Notes: a model not told the origin generated them from the sequence alone. Shown: positions 10,023-20,186, counted from the stretch's first letter. The stretch: 64,000 bases of DNA from an uncultured Rivularia sp. (GCA_963665115.1 OY762007.1:5216001-5280000), one strand, 5' to 3'. Translations and numbers: made by a program.

Positions 10023-11171
10023 ATGAAACATACATTTATTGATTTATTTGCAGGTGCGGGTGGCTTATCTACAGGATTTCACATGGCTGGTTTCAAATCC
10101 CTGTGTGCCATTGATGCTAACAGTAAGGCTTTAGCTACGTACCAACATAATTATCCTGAAGCACGTATTATTCACCAAGATATTCAAAAAATTAATCCTT
10201 TAGAATTACGATTATTATTAGGTTTAAAAAAGGAAGAACTAACTGCTTTAATCGGTGGTCCTCCTTGTCAAGGTTTTTCACGTAATGTCACAGCAAAGTA
10301 TCGATATTTAAGTGACCCTCGTAATCTTTTATATAAAACTTTTTTAGAGTATGTAAGTGAATTTAGACCTCTATACGTTGTAATGGAAAACGTACCTGAG
10401 ATACTAAAAGCATATGATGGTGCAGTAAAAAATGATATACAGGCCGAACTAAAATCAATTGGATACAAAATTACATCAGCATCTTTAAACGCAGCTGATT
10501 ACGGTGTACCGCAAACTAGGTCAAGAGCTTTTTTTCTAGCTAGCTTGGATAGTCAAGCACCTTCAATTCCAGAGCCAACACATAAAGATATTAAATCTGA
10601 TTCTCAACTGCAATTAACTATATTTGAGTCATCTTTTAATCCAATTATTACTGTTAAAGATGCGATAGGAGATTTACCTTCATTGGAAGCTGGTCAAGAA
10701 TACGTTAATAAATACTATCCTTCTCCTGCTCAAAGCCATTACCAATCATTAATACGCAACGGAAGCCAAAAAATTACCAATCATGTTGCACGTGCTTTAA
10801 GTTCGATTCAAATGGCTAGAGCAAGGGCTTTAAAAGAAGGAGAAGACGCAAGAAACTTACCACCACAATTGGCTCCAAAAAAGCACTATAGTGGTGCATA
10901 TGGAAGATTGTTTTGGAATAAACCAGCAAGAACAATTACAAAGTGGGTTTTTCATCCTGGTTCTGGAAGATTTTTTCATCCTACTCAAAATAGAACTATT
11001 ACAATCCGAGAAGCAGCAAGATTGCATTCCTATCCCGATACTTTTCACTTTATAGGGTCATATACAAATATGGCTGCTCAAATTGGAGAATCTGTTCCTC
11101 CAATGCTTTCTAAAGCAATAGCTGCATCTTTACTCAAGGAGAATTGTCTTCATCAAAAGACTCTTGCATAG
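10023..11171 (+). CDS. DNA (cytosine-5)-methyltransferase of a type II R-M system
   Basis: Motif I DLFAGAGG, IV GGPPCQGFS, VI MENV, VIII YGVPQTRSR, IX-X REAARL/QIGESVPP. Confidence 0.93.
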   Translation: MKHTFIDLFAGAGGLSTGFHMAGFKSLCAIDANSKALATYQHNYPEARIIHQDIQKINPLELRLLLGLKKEELTALIGGPPCQGFSRNVTAKYRYLSDPRNLLYKTFLEYVSEFRPLYVVMENVPEILKAYDGAVKNDIQAELKSIGYKITSASLNAADYGVPQTRSRAFFLASLDSQAPSIPEPTHKDIKSDSQLQLTIFESSFNPIITVKDAIGDLPSLEAGQEYVNKYYPSPAQSHYQSLIRNGSQKITNHVARALSSIQMARARALKEGEDARNLPPQLAPKKHYSGAYGRLFWNKPARTITKWVFHPGSGRFFHPTQNRTITIREAARLHSYPDTFHFIGSYTNMAAQIGESVPPMLSKAIAASLLKENCLHQKTLA

Positions 11172-11883
11172 ATTGTTGCTCTAAAGATGACAAAATAGTT
11201 TCCACATACTCAGTAGGATTAAGGCGATATCTTTTGACAGTTATACGAGTTGCTTGTTCGGGAATAGTTCTAGTTCTAAAAAGCTGTTTTTGATTTTTAT
11301 ACCAGACTAATTCTACGTTTCCTTCGATGCTTCCCTGTAAACCAGCACCTGACTTACCAGTTTTTCTATCTGTTGTCCAATTCCATGAAAAAGCATCTGC
11401 TTGTAATGGTTCTAAAGGAAATTCACAATAAACATATTCTGTACCTTTAATGGTTTTCAAAAGTATTCCTTCGTAACTAGTCCTAACACCTTGTGCTAAA
11501 CGACTAGTAATAATTTTTTCATTCCAATGTTTAACGATAGCAGCCCCAATATCTTGAGGTGAAGATTTTTCCGTTAATCCAGGGAAACCAAGCAAATCTG
11601 CTTTTTTGATAACATCTGCTCTTTGAATTACAAATGAAAAAGAACTTCCAACTAAAAGATTAGTTTTTTGAAGAGACTTTAACGACCAACCAATCGCATT
11701 TTCTCTATCAACAGCATCATATAGAAATTTACTACGTCCTAATGCTGGATCTAACATTGAAAGGTTCTTAACATAATGAAAAATAGCTTCCCATGCATAA
11801 TCTTCTATAGAACCAATAACTGGAGATGCTATTGTCGCTATTATTGCCTTTCTTAATCTTTCAATTTCTTCACTCCTCAGCAC
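11134..11883 (-). CDS. Putative type II restriction endonuclease (family not recognised)
   Basis: Follows C gene with 14-nt overlap, convergent with MTase; possible D...SxK catalytic motif (LYDAVD...GWSLKS). Confidence 0.6.
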   Translation of the reverse strand: MLRSEEIERLRKAIIATIASPVIGSIEDYAWEAIFHYVKNLSMLDPALGRSKFLYDAVDRENAIGWSLKSLQKTNLLVGSSFSFVIQRADVIKKADLLGFPGLTEKSSPQDIGAAIVKHWNEKIITSRLAQGVRTSYEGILLKTIKGTEYVYCEFPLEPLQADAFSWNWTTDRKTGKSGAGLQGSIEGNVELVWYKNQKQLFRTRTIPEQATRITVKRYRLNPTEYVETILSSLEQQSMQESFDEDNSP

Positions 11884-12112
11884 TCAAAGCTTCCTCTACT
11901 CCTTTTAAAAATTCACTCATCTTCACTTCCAAAGCTCCCGTTATATGACTAAGAACTCGTATAGAAGGACTTTTTAAACCGCGCTCGAGTTGGCTGATAT
12001 AAGTTCTATGCAGACCTGTAATTTCTGCTAAATACTCCTGTGACCAACCTTTTTCTGCACGACGGCGTTGTATTTCTTGCCCTAAATAGCTATCTAACTT
12101 ACCAGACTGCAT
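11870..12112 (-). CDS. XRE-family HTH controller (C) protein of the R-M system
   Basis: SQEYLAEITGLHRTYISQLERGLKSPS matches the C-protein HRTY helix. Confidence 0.85.
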   Translation of the reverse strand: MQSGKLDSYLGQEIQRRRAEKGWSQEYLAEITGLHRTYISQLERGLKSPSIRVLSHITGALEVKMSEFLKGVEEALSAEE

Positions 12113-12119
12113 AAAGGAT

Positions 12120-12164
12120 AAGTTAAATCTTTGTAGACAATAGTTCTACAGACTAAAGTATTCA
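12120..12164 (-). promoter_or_regulatory. Tandem C-box operators and -10 of a probably leaderless C-R promoter
   Basis: Minus strand TGAATACTTTAGTC-TGTA-GAACTATTGTCTACA, then TAACTT 7 nt before the ATG. Confidence 0.6.
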
Positions 12165-12280
12165 AAAAGTAGATATATTTTTTTTAAAACCAGACTAGCA
12201 GTTCTTTCCAGAATGCACTGAAACCATATTTATGTAAGCTATAATACAAACTTGAAACGTAGTATTAACAGGGTGATGAT

Positions 12281-14065
12281 ATGAGTATTAGACCTGATAA
12301 TTTCACTTTAGACAAACTTCTTCAAAACAAATTATTTAGAATTCCAGAATATCAAAGAGCTTATAGCTGGGAAAAAAAACAGCGAAAGGAATTATTTGAA
12401 GATATTAAAAAGCTTGCGGCAAATTCAAATACACAGCGCCGTCATTTTATGTCAACTGTTGTATGTCTACAAACTGGTGAAAAGGAATACATCGATGCGG
12501 ATGAATTTGATTTATCTTATATTGTTGATGGTCAACAGCGTATTACTACTTTAATTATTCTACTCAAAGCTTTAGCTAAAGTACTTGCGAAACGAGATAC
12601 AACTACAACTGAAACAAGGGAATCATCAAAAATTGATGAGCTTTTAGTCAAAACAGATGGAAGACATATTTTATTACAAACTAATCATGATAATAAGCTA
12701 TTACTAAGAAATTATTTAGAAAATGGTGAAGTTCCTGAAGAAAAAGAACAAGAAACCTTAGCTGATATAAATATGCTTAGGGCTTTTAGAGAATGTGAAA
12801 AATTTGTGGATGAATGGGAAAAAGAGAATAAAAATATTATTGACCTTTTAAAATTAGTTAAAAATCGTCTTGAATTTATTTATTATGTTCTTGATGATGA
12901 AGGAACTGCACATAGAATTTTTGAAGTTGTGAATAGTAGAGGATTAGAAGTCGATTGGCTTGATAAGTGCAAGAGTATATTAATGGGTATTGCTTGTGAA
13001 AAACTTGGAACTGCCAGTAAAGAGAGTGTAGATCAAATTCATGAATGTTGGTCAAAAATATATAGAACAATAGGACTAAAAAAAATAGAAGGACAGGAAA
13101 TTTTAAGATTTGCAGCAGCCCTTGAAGGTTCAAGTACCACTAGCAAAATAATAAATGCTGAGAAAGCGATTGAATTTTTTCGTGAGAAATGCCAACAAAA
13201 TCCTGATGAAACAATAAAAGTATCAGAGAAGTTTTCCAAAATTGCAAAAGAATTAGAAAAACTTGTTACAAACAATCGCTTGAACGGTGCTACAAAAATA
13301 GTACATGCAAGATTACTTGCTACAGCAATTATGCTAAATGAAGTTTTAGACAAACAAGAAAAAGAAAAGCTCTTAAAAGAATGGGAAAAAGTAACATTCC
13401 GAATATTTGGTTTAAGTAAAAAAGATTCAAGAACAAAGATAGGTGAATATGTGAATCTGGCAAGAGAGATTTTTCAAATAACAATTGTGAAAGAAAAAAA
13501 CTCTACAGAAGAGCGAATAAAATTTCAAGATAAAGAGTATATAAGAGATAAGATATTAGAAGAAATAACTCAAAAAATTACTGATTTAGGAAAAGAATAT
13601 CCAGTACAGGAAGTCGCTAAGAACTTACGAGAAGCAGACTGCTATAACGGCTGGCAAGATGAACTAGTTTATTTTTTATACCGTTACGAAGAATATCTAG
13701 CGAAAAAATCTGGTGGTTCAATTAGTGATGAAGTTTGGACACAAGTTTGGAATTCATCCCCTATAAAAACTATAGAACATATATATCCACAAACTGAGAA
13801 TGATCCAGCTTGGAAGGGAAAGCTAGGTACTAACAAAGCTGATATTGAAAAACACATTCATCGTTTAGGTAATTTAATAGTTTTAACTCCTAGCACGAAT
13901 TCAAAAGCTAGCAACAAACCTTTCCAAGAAAAAAAAGAAATTTATAAAGATGATAGGGGTTTAAAATTGTTAGAGGAAGTTATCGCATTAAATGACTGGG
14001 ATATTAAAACTTTAGAAGAGCGTGAGGAAAAACTTATTAAATTTGTAGAACAAGAATGGGGATGA
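12281..14065 (+). CDS. DUF262 + DUF1524 (HNH) protein, GmrSD/SspE-like
   Basis: IPEYQRAYSW, VDGQQRITT, FEVVNSRG; C-terminal TIEHIYPQ...LGNL...N...SNKPF. Confidence 0.88.
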   Translation: MSIRPDNFTLDKLLQNKLFRIPEYQRAYSWEKKQRKELFEDIKKLAANSNTQRRHFMSTVVCLQTGEKEYIDADEFDLSYIVDGQQRITTLIILLKALAKVLAKRDTTTTETRESSKIDELLVKTDGRHILLQTNHDNKLLLRNYLENGEVPEEKEQETLADINMLRAFRECEKFVDEWEKENKNIIDLLKLVKNRLEFIYYVLDDEGTAHRIFEVVNSRGLEVDWLDKCKSILMGIACEKLGTASKESVDQIHECWSKIYRTIGLKKIEGQEILRFAAALEGSSTTSKIINAEKAIEFFREKCQQNPDETIKVSEKFSKIAKELEKLVTNNRLNGATKIVHARLLATAIMLNEVLDKQEKEKLLKEWEKVTFRIFGLSKKDSRTKIGEYVNLAREIFQITIVKEKNSTEERIKFQDKEYIRDKILEEITQKITDLGKEYPVQEVAKNLREADCYNGWQDELVYFLYRYEEYLAKKSGGSISDEVWTQVWNSSPIKTIEHIYPQTENDPAWKGKLGTNKADIEKHIHRLGNLIVLTPSTNSKASNKPFQEKKEIYKDDRGLKLLEEVIALNDWDIKTLEEREEKLIKFVEQEWG

Positions 14066-14169
14066 TAATGCATTATTATCCTAATTAAGCAGTGATATTA
14101 AGTGATATTAAGCCTATCCCCCACCACCAACGCTACAATCACTAATGGTGTTATCTTTCCCCCCAACCT

Positions 14170-16774
14170 ATGACAACCAACTCCTCACAACTCCCTCAAC
14201 TCCTCGCTCCTGCTGGTAATTGGGAATGCGCGAAAGCTGCTGTCGAAAATGGTGCTGATGCAATTTACTTCGGCTTAGATAAATTCAACGCTAGAATGCG
14301 TGCGGAAAATTTCACGGAAGCCGATTTACCGGAGTTAATGCAGTTTCTTCACCTCCGAGGAGTCAAGGGTTACGTTACTCTCAATACTTTGGTTTTTCCC
14401 CAGGAGCTAAAGCAAGCACAGCGTTACATTAAATCAATTATTGCTGCTGGAGTTGATGCGGTTATCGTTCAAGATATTGGGATTTGTCGTTTGATTCGCC
14501 ACATTTCACCCGACTTTCCCATTCATACTTCGACGCAGATGACGGTGACTAGTGCGGTTGGGGTGGAGTTTGCGAAGGAGCTTGGCTGTAATTTGGTGGT
14601 GTTGGCTCGGGAATGTTCGATTAAGGAAATTAATAAGATTCAGCAGCAGACAAAAGAAAGTTCCTTACCCTTGGAAGTTTTTGTTCATGGTGCTTTGTGT
14701 GTTGCTTATTCCGGACAATGTTTAACTTCCGAAGCTTTGGGAGGGTCGTTCGGCTAACCGTGGTGAATGTGCCCAAGCTTGCCGAATGACCTACGAGTTA
14801 ATCGCAGATGGGGAAACTGTTGAGTTAGGCGATCGCAAATATCTTCTCAGCCCCCAAGATTTGGCTGGACTTGATGTTCTACCCGATTTAGTGAAATCTG
14901 GAGTCAGTTGTTTAAAAATTGAAGGACGTTTGAAGTCGCCGGAGTATGTGGCGAATGTGACAAAGGTTTATCGCGAGGCTTTGGATAGGTTAAAGGTTGA
15001 GATCCCCCCTAGCCCCCCTTATGAAGGGGGGGATAAAAAAGCCCCCTCTTTTAAACATATTGAGAAAACCAATAATCCCGAATTTACGGCTTCCAACCAT
15101 AAGAAGCACAAAGCCCCCCTTCTTAAGGGGGGTTGGGGGGATCGAGAAAAATACAATTTGGAAATGGCTTTTTCGCGGGGAATTTACACGGGTTGGTTTG
15201 AGGGAATTAACAATCAAGAATTAGTTCACGCTCGATTTGGTAAGAAGCGTGGGGTTTATTTAGGAGAAGTTAAAAGTATTCGCAACGAAAAAGTAACTAT
15301 TAAATCCGTTGCACCGATTAAACCCGGTGATGGTGTTGTGTTTGATTGCGGACACCCGGAAGCGAAGGAGGAAGGAGGCAGAATTTATGGGGTGGAAAAT
15401 CAAGGAAAGGATGTTGTACTAAGTTTCGGGAAAGGTAATTTAAATTGGGGACGGATTCATGTTGGCGATAAGTTATGGAAAACTTCAGATCCCGAACTTG
15501 ATAAGCAGTTAAGACAAAGCTTTGCCGGAGATAATCCGAAGTTTCAGCGTCCGATTGATGTAGAAGTTCATGGGGAAGTTGGAGAAAATTTAGTGGCGAT
15601 CGCTCGCGATGAAATTGGTCATGTGGTGCAGGTTGAATCGGAAATCTTATTAGTAGAAGCGCATAATAAACCTTTAACAACACAAATATTACAAGAGCAA
15701 TTTGGACGTTTGGGTAATACTCCTTTTTATTTAAAAGAGTTGACAAATAGCATCAATGGTGAATTAATGTTGCCCGTGAGCGAATTAAATAAAATGCGTC
15801 GGCAAATTGTAGTTAAGTTGGAAGAATTAAGAAGTCAACCCAAACGATGGGTGATTAATGAAAATGCTTCTTTTAAAGATTTACTTATTTCTGATTCTCC
15901 TAATATTCCTAATTCTCCAAATTTAATAGTTTTAGTTAGGAACCTCAACCAGTTAGAAGCAGCATTAAAAACCGGAATTAATACTATATATTGTGAATTT
16001 GAAGACCCGAAAAAGTACAAACAAGCAGTTGAGAAGGTTAAAGGTCAAAGGTTAAAGGTTAAAGGTGAATTTCTTTATCCTCAAATTATCGTTGCTCCTC
16101 CGAGAATTACTAAACCGTCGGAAAACTGGATTTTACAACAGGTAATTAATTCCAATGCTGATGGTTATTTGATTCGGAATTACGATCATTTAAAATTCTT
16201 TGCTGAAGAAAGATGTATTGGCGATTTTTCGTTAAATGTTGCAAATGCTTTAACGGCGGATTATTTCAAAAATAAGTTTAATTTAGAACGTCTCACTGCT
16301 TCTTACGACTTAAATATTCAACAACTCCAAGATTTATTAAAAACCTCTCCTCCCGATTGGTACGAAGTTACAATACACCAACATATGCCGATGTTTCATA
16401 TGGAACATTGCGTTTTTTGTGCTTTTCTTTCCGACGGTACCGACTTCCGCAATTGTGGAAGACCTTGCGAAGAATATGATGTAAAAATAAAAGATAGAGT
16501 CGGAACGGAACACGTTTTACAAGCTGATGCTGGTTGTAGAAATACGGTATTCAACGGTACCGCTCAAACTGGTGCGGAATACGTACACAAACTTTTAGAT
16601 TTGGGTTTGCAAAACTTTCGGATTGAATTTGTTAATGAAAGTCCTAAAGAAGTCGAGCAAACTATATATAGATATCAACAGTTAATTGATGGTGAAATTA
16701 AAGGTTATCAATTATGGCGAGAGTTGAATTTGCAAAGTCAATTGGGTGTGACTCGGGGAACTGTTGTAAGTTGA
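14170..16774 (+). pseudogene. U32 family protein with DUF3656 (RlhA-like), split by a +1 frameshift at 14743-14745 (probably an assembly error)
   Basis: LLAPAG, GADAIYFG, HTSTQM, EVFVHGALCVAYSGQC; removing one G restores GGRSANRGECAQACR; KIEGRLK. Confidence 0.88.
15001..15143. repeat. 143-bp inverted-repeat element lying in frame inside the U32 gene
   Basis: Left GATCCCCCCTAGCCCCCCTTATGAAGGGGGG; right end is its near-perfect reverse complement. Confidence 0.8.
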
Positions 16775-16822
16775 TAGTAGTTAGTAGTTAGTTGATAGTT
16801 TCCAATTACCAGGATAAAACTC

Positions 16823-17335
16823 ATGACCATTTCTATGTATCAAGCTTCAGTACCTTCATTGATTCGCTCGCTGAATAACCTTGCAGCTATTCTTGAAAAA
16901 GGTGCTGCTCATGCTGAAGCCAAAAATATAGATCCTTCTGTATTGATTGGTAGCCGTTTATATCCAGATATGCTCCCTCTATATAAGCAAGTTCAAATTG
17001 CTTCAGACATTGCTAGAAGAGGTGCAGCAAGATTAGCGGAATCGGAAGCACCGGCAATTGAAGATAATGAAACAACTTTTCGAGAACTAATCACTCGTCT
17101 TCAAAAAACCACTTCTTACCTAGAAACTTTGACACCAAATCTCATTGATGGCTCTGAGGAAAAATCGATTTCTCTTCCAGTTGGTAAAGAAACTATGACT
17201 TTTAAGGGAATGCCCTATCTGCTTTACTTTGTTTTACCTAATGTCTATTTTCATGTCACGACTGCTTATGACATTCTCAGACATTGCGGAGTAGAGCTAG
17301 GTAAAATTGATTTTCTAGGAAAACCAGAGTCTTAG
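16823..17335 (+). CDS. DUF1993 domain protein
   Basis: RLYPDMLPL..QVQIA, LPNVYFHVTTAYDILRH.GV.LGK.DF. Confidence 0.9.
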   Translation: MTISMYQASVPSLIRSLNNLAAILEKGAAHAEAKNIDPSVLIGSRLYPDMLPLYKQVQIASDIARRGAARLAESEAPAIEDNETTFRELITRLQKTTSYLETLTPNLIDGSEEKSISLPVGKETMTFKGMPYLLYFVLPNVYFHVTTAYDILRHCGVELGKIDFLGKPES

Positions 17336-17376
17336 AGAAATTCCTGAGATAAGTGGAGGTATATAAAAGCAATATC

Positions 17377-18243
17377 TTAAAATACCTCCAAAAACCTATC
17401 TAAAACCACCGAGACATCATTTTTCCGCCAAATCATCGCAATACTAACTTTTGGCGTTTCTTCAACAAAAGATTTATAAACTACACCCGTGCGTTGCAGA
17501 TTTTGTAATGATTCTGGAACGATTGCAACGCCTATTTCAGCAGCAACTAAACTAACTATAGTCTGCATTTGAATAGCTTCTTGGGCAACCTTGGGACTAA
17601 AACCAACTTGCTGACAAAAGCTAATAATTAAATCGTAAAGTCCCGGTGCTAGTAAACGAGGAAATAATATAAAGGATTCATTCTTCAGAGACTGCAAACT
17701 GACTTTATCTTGACTAGCTAAAAGATGATTTTGAGGAAGGGCGATCGCCAACGATTCTTGAAAAATTATCTTTGATTCATAAGTATTTTCATCTACAGGC
17801 GGACGCACAAAACCAACATCAATTCTACCTGACTGCAACCAGCGTAGTTGTTCATCTGTAGTTAATTCATGCAGTTCCAAATTCACACCACTGGCGTGAT
17901 TCCGAAAATTTTGTAGAATATCCGGCAAAATATTATACGCTGCCGAACTAACAAAGCCCACAACCAACTGTCCAACCTCTCCTCTACTAACTTGTCTTCC
18001 CAAAAAAATTGCTTGTTCGAGTTGTCGGAAGATTTGCTGTACTTCAATTAGAAAAACCCTTCCCGCTTCGCTTAATTCTACTTTTCGTTTAGTACGGTGA
18101 AATAATTCAAAACCTAATTCCGTTTCTAACTGACGGATTTGTTGACTCAAAGGAGGTTGAGCAATATGCAATCTTTCCGCTGCTCTGCCAAAGTGTAATT
18201 CCTCAGCCAAAGTTACAAAATAACGCAAGTGTCGTAGTTCCAT
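17377..18243 (-). CDS. LysR family transcriptional regulator (HcaR/AlsR-like)
   Basis: MELRHLRYFVTLAEELHFGRAAERLHIAQPPLSQQI HTH. Confidence 0.93.
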   Translation of the reverse strand: MELRHLRYFVTLAEELHFGRAAERLHIAQPPLSQQIRQLETELGFELFHRTKRKVELSEAGRVFLIEVQQIFRQLEQAIFLGRQVSRGEVGQLVVGFVSSAAYNILPDILQNFRNHASGVNLELHELTTDEQLRWLQSGRIDVGFVRPPVDENTYESKIIFQESLAIALPQNHLLASQDKVSLQSLKNESFILFPRLLAPGLYDLIISFCQQVGFSPKVAQEAIQMQTIVSLVAAEIGVAIVPESLQNLQRTGVVYKSFVEETPKVSIAMIWRKNDVSVVLDRFLEVF

Positions 18244-18282
18244 TATTCAATTTTAGATTTTGGAAATCATGCGATGAATTGT

Positions 18283-18310
18283 GTAGAGACGTGATACATC
18301 ACGTCTATAT
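18283..18310. repeat. GTAG-type REP hairpin
   Basis: GTAGAGACGTGATACATCACGTCT palindrome. Confidence 0.7.
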
Positions 18311-18466
18311 ATATTTTTTATATATTAATAGTGCATCAAATATGTATTGGACATAATTAAAAACCTTTTTTATGCTGTTAAATATAGCAGTATTAATTCA
18401 AATCAAATATTTGGCTATACCCTAAAACTCTTGTGGGATGGGCATCCCTGCCCGTCCATTTGTAAA

Positions 18467-18595
18467 TAAGTAATTAAACAAAATTAATTACACATTGTCA
18501 TTGCGAGTTGAACGGAGTGAAACGAAGCAATCGCAAGGGTTGGGATTACTTCGCGCAGCGAATAATGACGGTAAATATTTTTGTTCACCTACTTA
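18467..18595. mobile_element. TA-bounded MITE carrying a GTCATTGCGAG...AATGAC palindromic cargo
   Basis: Imperfect 25-bp TIRs TAAGTAATTAAACAAAATTAATTAC / GTAAATATTTTTGTTCACCTACTTA. Confidence 0.65.
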
Positions 18596-18610
18596 AATAA
18601 TCAAACCCAA

Positions 18611-19387
18611 ATGAATAAAACATCAGTTTCCAATTACGATTGGAATAGTTCGCTGTACCAAGAAAAACACGCTTTTGTATGGTATTACGGCGAAAATTTA
18701 TCAAAAATGCTCAATCCGCAGCCAAAAGAACGAATTTTAGATTTAGGATGCGGTACAGGGCAATTAACAGCGAAAATTGCGGAGGCAGGTGCTGAAGTAA
18801 TCGGAATTGATAGCGCACCTGAAATGATTGAGCAAGCGCAGCAAAATTATCCAAACCTAAAATTTCAAGTCGCGGATGCCAAGAATTTTCAGCTATCCCA
18901 ACCTGTAGATGCTGTTTTTTCCAACGCCGTATTGCATTGGATTCCACAAGCGGATGAGGTAATTAGCAGTATTCACGAATCGCTCAAAATGGGTGAACGT
19001 TTTATTGCAGAATTTGGTGGAAAAGGAAATATTGATTCAATTGCCAAAGCTTTGTACGCAGCATTAGAGAAAATTGGTGTTGATGCAGCAGATTTAAATC
19101 CTTGGTACTTTCCCAGCATCGGCGAATACGCTTCAAAGTTAGAAAAACAAGGTTTTGAAGTTACCTATAGTAATTTATTTTTTCGTCCAACTTTACTGCA
19201 AGACAAAGATGCAGGTTTGGCGAATTGGATAAAAATGTTTTGTGTAAATTTCTTTCAAGGGTTGTCGGAAGAAGAAAAAATAATGGTAATTCAAGATGTA
19301 GAAAAGCAGTTAAAACCGAAGTTATATCAACAAGGAAACTGGTTTGCTGACTATCGACGAATTCAAGTAAAAGCAATTAAAAAATAG
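18611..19387 (+). CDS. Class I SAM-dependent methyltransferase (Tam-like)
   Basis: ILDLGCGTG, GIDSA, DAVFSNAVLHW. Confidence 0.9.
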   Translation: MNKTSVSNYDWNSSLYQEKHAFVWYYGENLSKMLNPQPKERILDLGCGTGQLTAKIAEAGAEVIGIDSAPEMIEQAQQNYPNLKFQVADAKNFQLSQPVDAVFSNAVLHWIPQADEVISSIHESLKMGERFIAEFGGKGNIDSIAKALYAALEKIGVDAADLNPWYFPSIGEYASKLEKQGFEVTYSNLFFRPTLLQDKDAGLANWIKMFCVNFFQGLSEEEKIMVIQDVEKQLKPKLYQQGNWFADYRRIQVKAIKK

Positions 19388-19430
19388 GGGATTGGGAATT
19401 GGGAATTAATCTCAAATCCAAAATTTCATC

Positions 19431-20186
19431 GTGGAATCAATATTTTTCTTATTCACCGCATCATTGCTTGCAGGAATCGTTAATGGTGTGGCTGGTGGTG
19501 GTGGCTTGATTGCTTTTCCTGCACTTTTAATAACGGGAATTCCTTCTATTAATGCTAATGCTACGAATGCAGCAGCACTTTGGTTTGGCACAGTTGCAAG
19601 TACTGTGGCTTACCGACGCGAATTATCGGGCAAACTACGTTTATTACTATTACTCAGTTGTGTCAGCATCATGGGAGGAATTATTGGCTCTTACCTACTT
19701 TTACATACATCCCAAACTAAATTTTCTGCTTTAGTTCCATACCTGATGCTAACGGCAACGCTATTGTTTATTTTCAGTCAACCTTTGATGAAATGGTTAA
19801 ATAAATGCAATCAGAATTCAGAACAAATTAGCTTACCATTAACAATTATTTTGCCCTTACAGTTATCGATCGCAACTTATGGAGGTTACTTTGGTGGTGG
19901 TAGCGGAATCTTAATGTTAGCTGTCTTAAATCTTATGGGTATGCAAAATATCCATACTTTAAATGCTTATAAAAGTTGGTTGGCTACCTGTATTAACGCA
20001 GCAGCTATTATTCACTTTACTTTTGCGAACAAAATATTTTGGTTTGAAGCAATTATTATGGCTTTCGGTGCAATTGTTGGCGCTTATAGTAATGTCTATC
20101 TAGCGCGTAAACTAAATCCTTTATGGATACGAAGTTTGATTGTCGGCGTTAGTTTGAGTATGACTTGCTACTTTTTTATTCGATAA
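19431..20186 (+). CDS. Sulfite exporter TauE/SafE family membrane protein
   Basis: AGGGGLI..P, ANATN, YGGYFGGG.G; multiple TM segments. Confidence 0.9.
   Translation: MESIFFLFTASLLAGIVNGVAGGGGLIAFPALLITGIPSINANATNAAALWFGTVASTVAYRRELSGKLRLLLLLSCVSIMGGIIGSYLLLHTSQTKFSALVPYLMLTATLLFIFSQPLMKWLNKCNQNSEQISLPLTIILPLQLSIATYGGYFGGGSGILMLAVLNLMGMQNIHTLNAYKSWLATCINAAAIIHFTFANKIFWFEAIIMAFGAIVGAYSNVYLARKLNPLWIRSLIVGVSLSMTCYFFIR

Noticed and set aside
14091..14110. AGTGATATTA tandem duplication as an island attachment site
   Set aside because: No matching copy at the left island edge; no integrase or tRNA
14740..14790. Programmed frameshifting in U32, panD or pgeF
   Set aside because: No slippery heptamer or stimulator; the same +1 pattern in five unrelated genes fits sequencing error
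5762..14828. Absence of HIP1 sites across the defence island as proof of foreign origin
   Set aside because: Similar 7-8 kb HIP1 gaps occur in core regions (about 23.8-31.5 kb and 33.2-41.6 kb)
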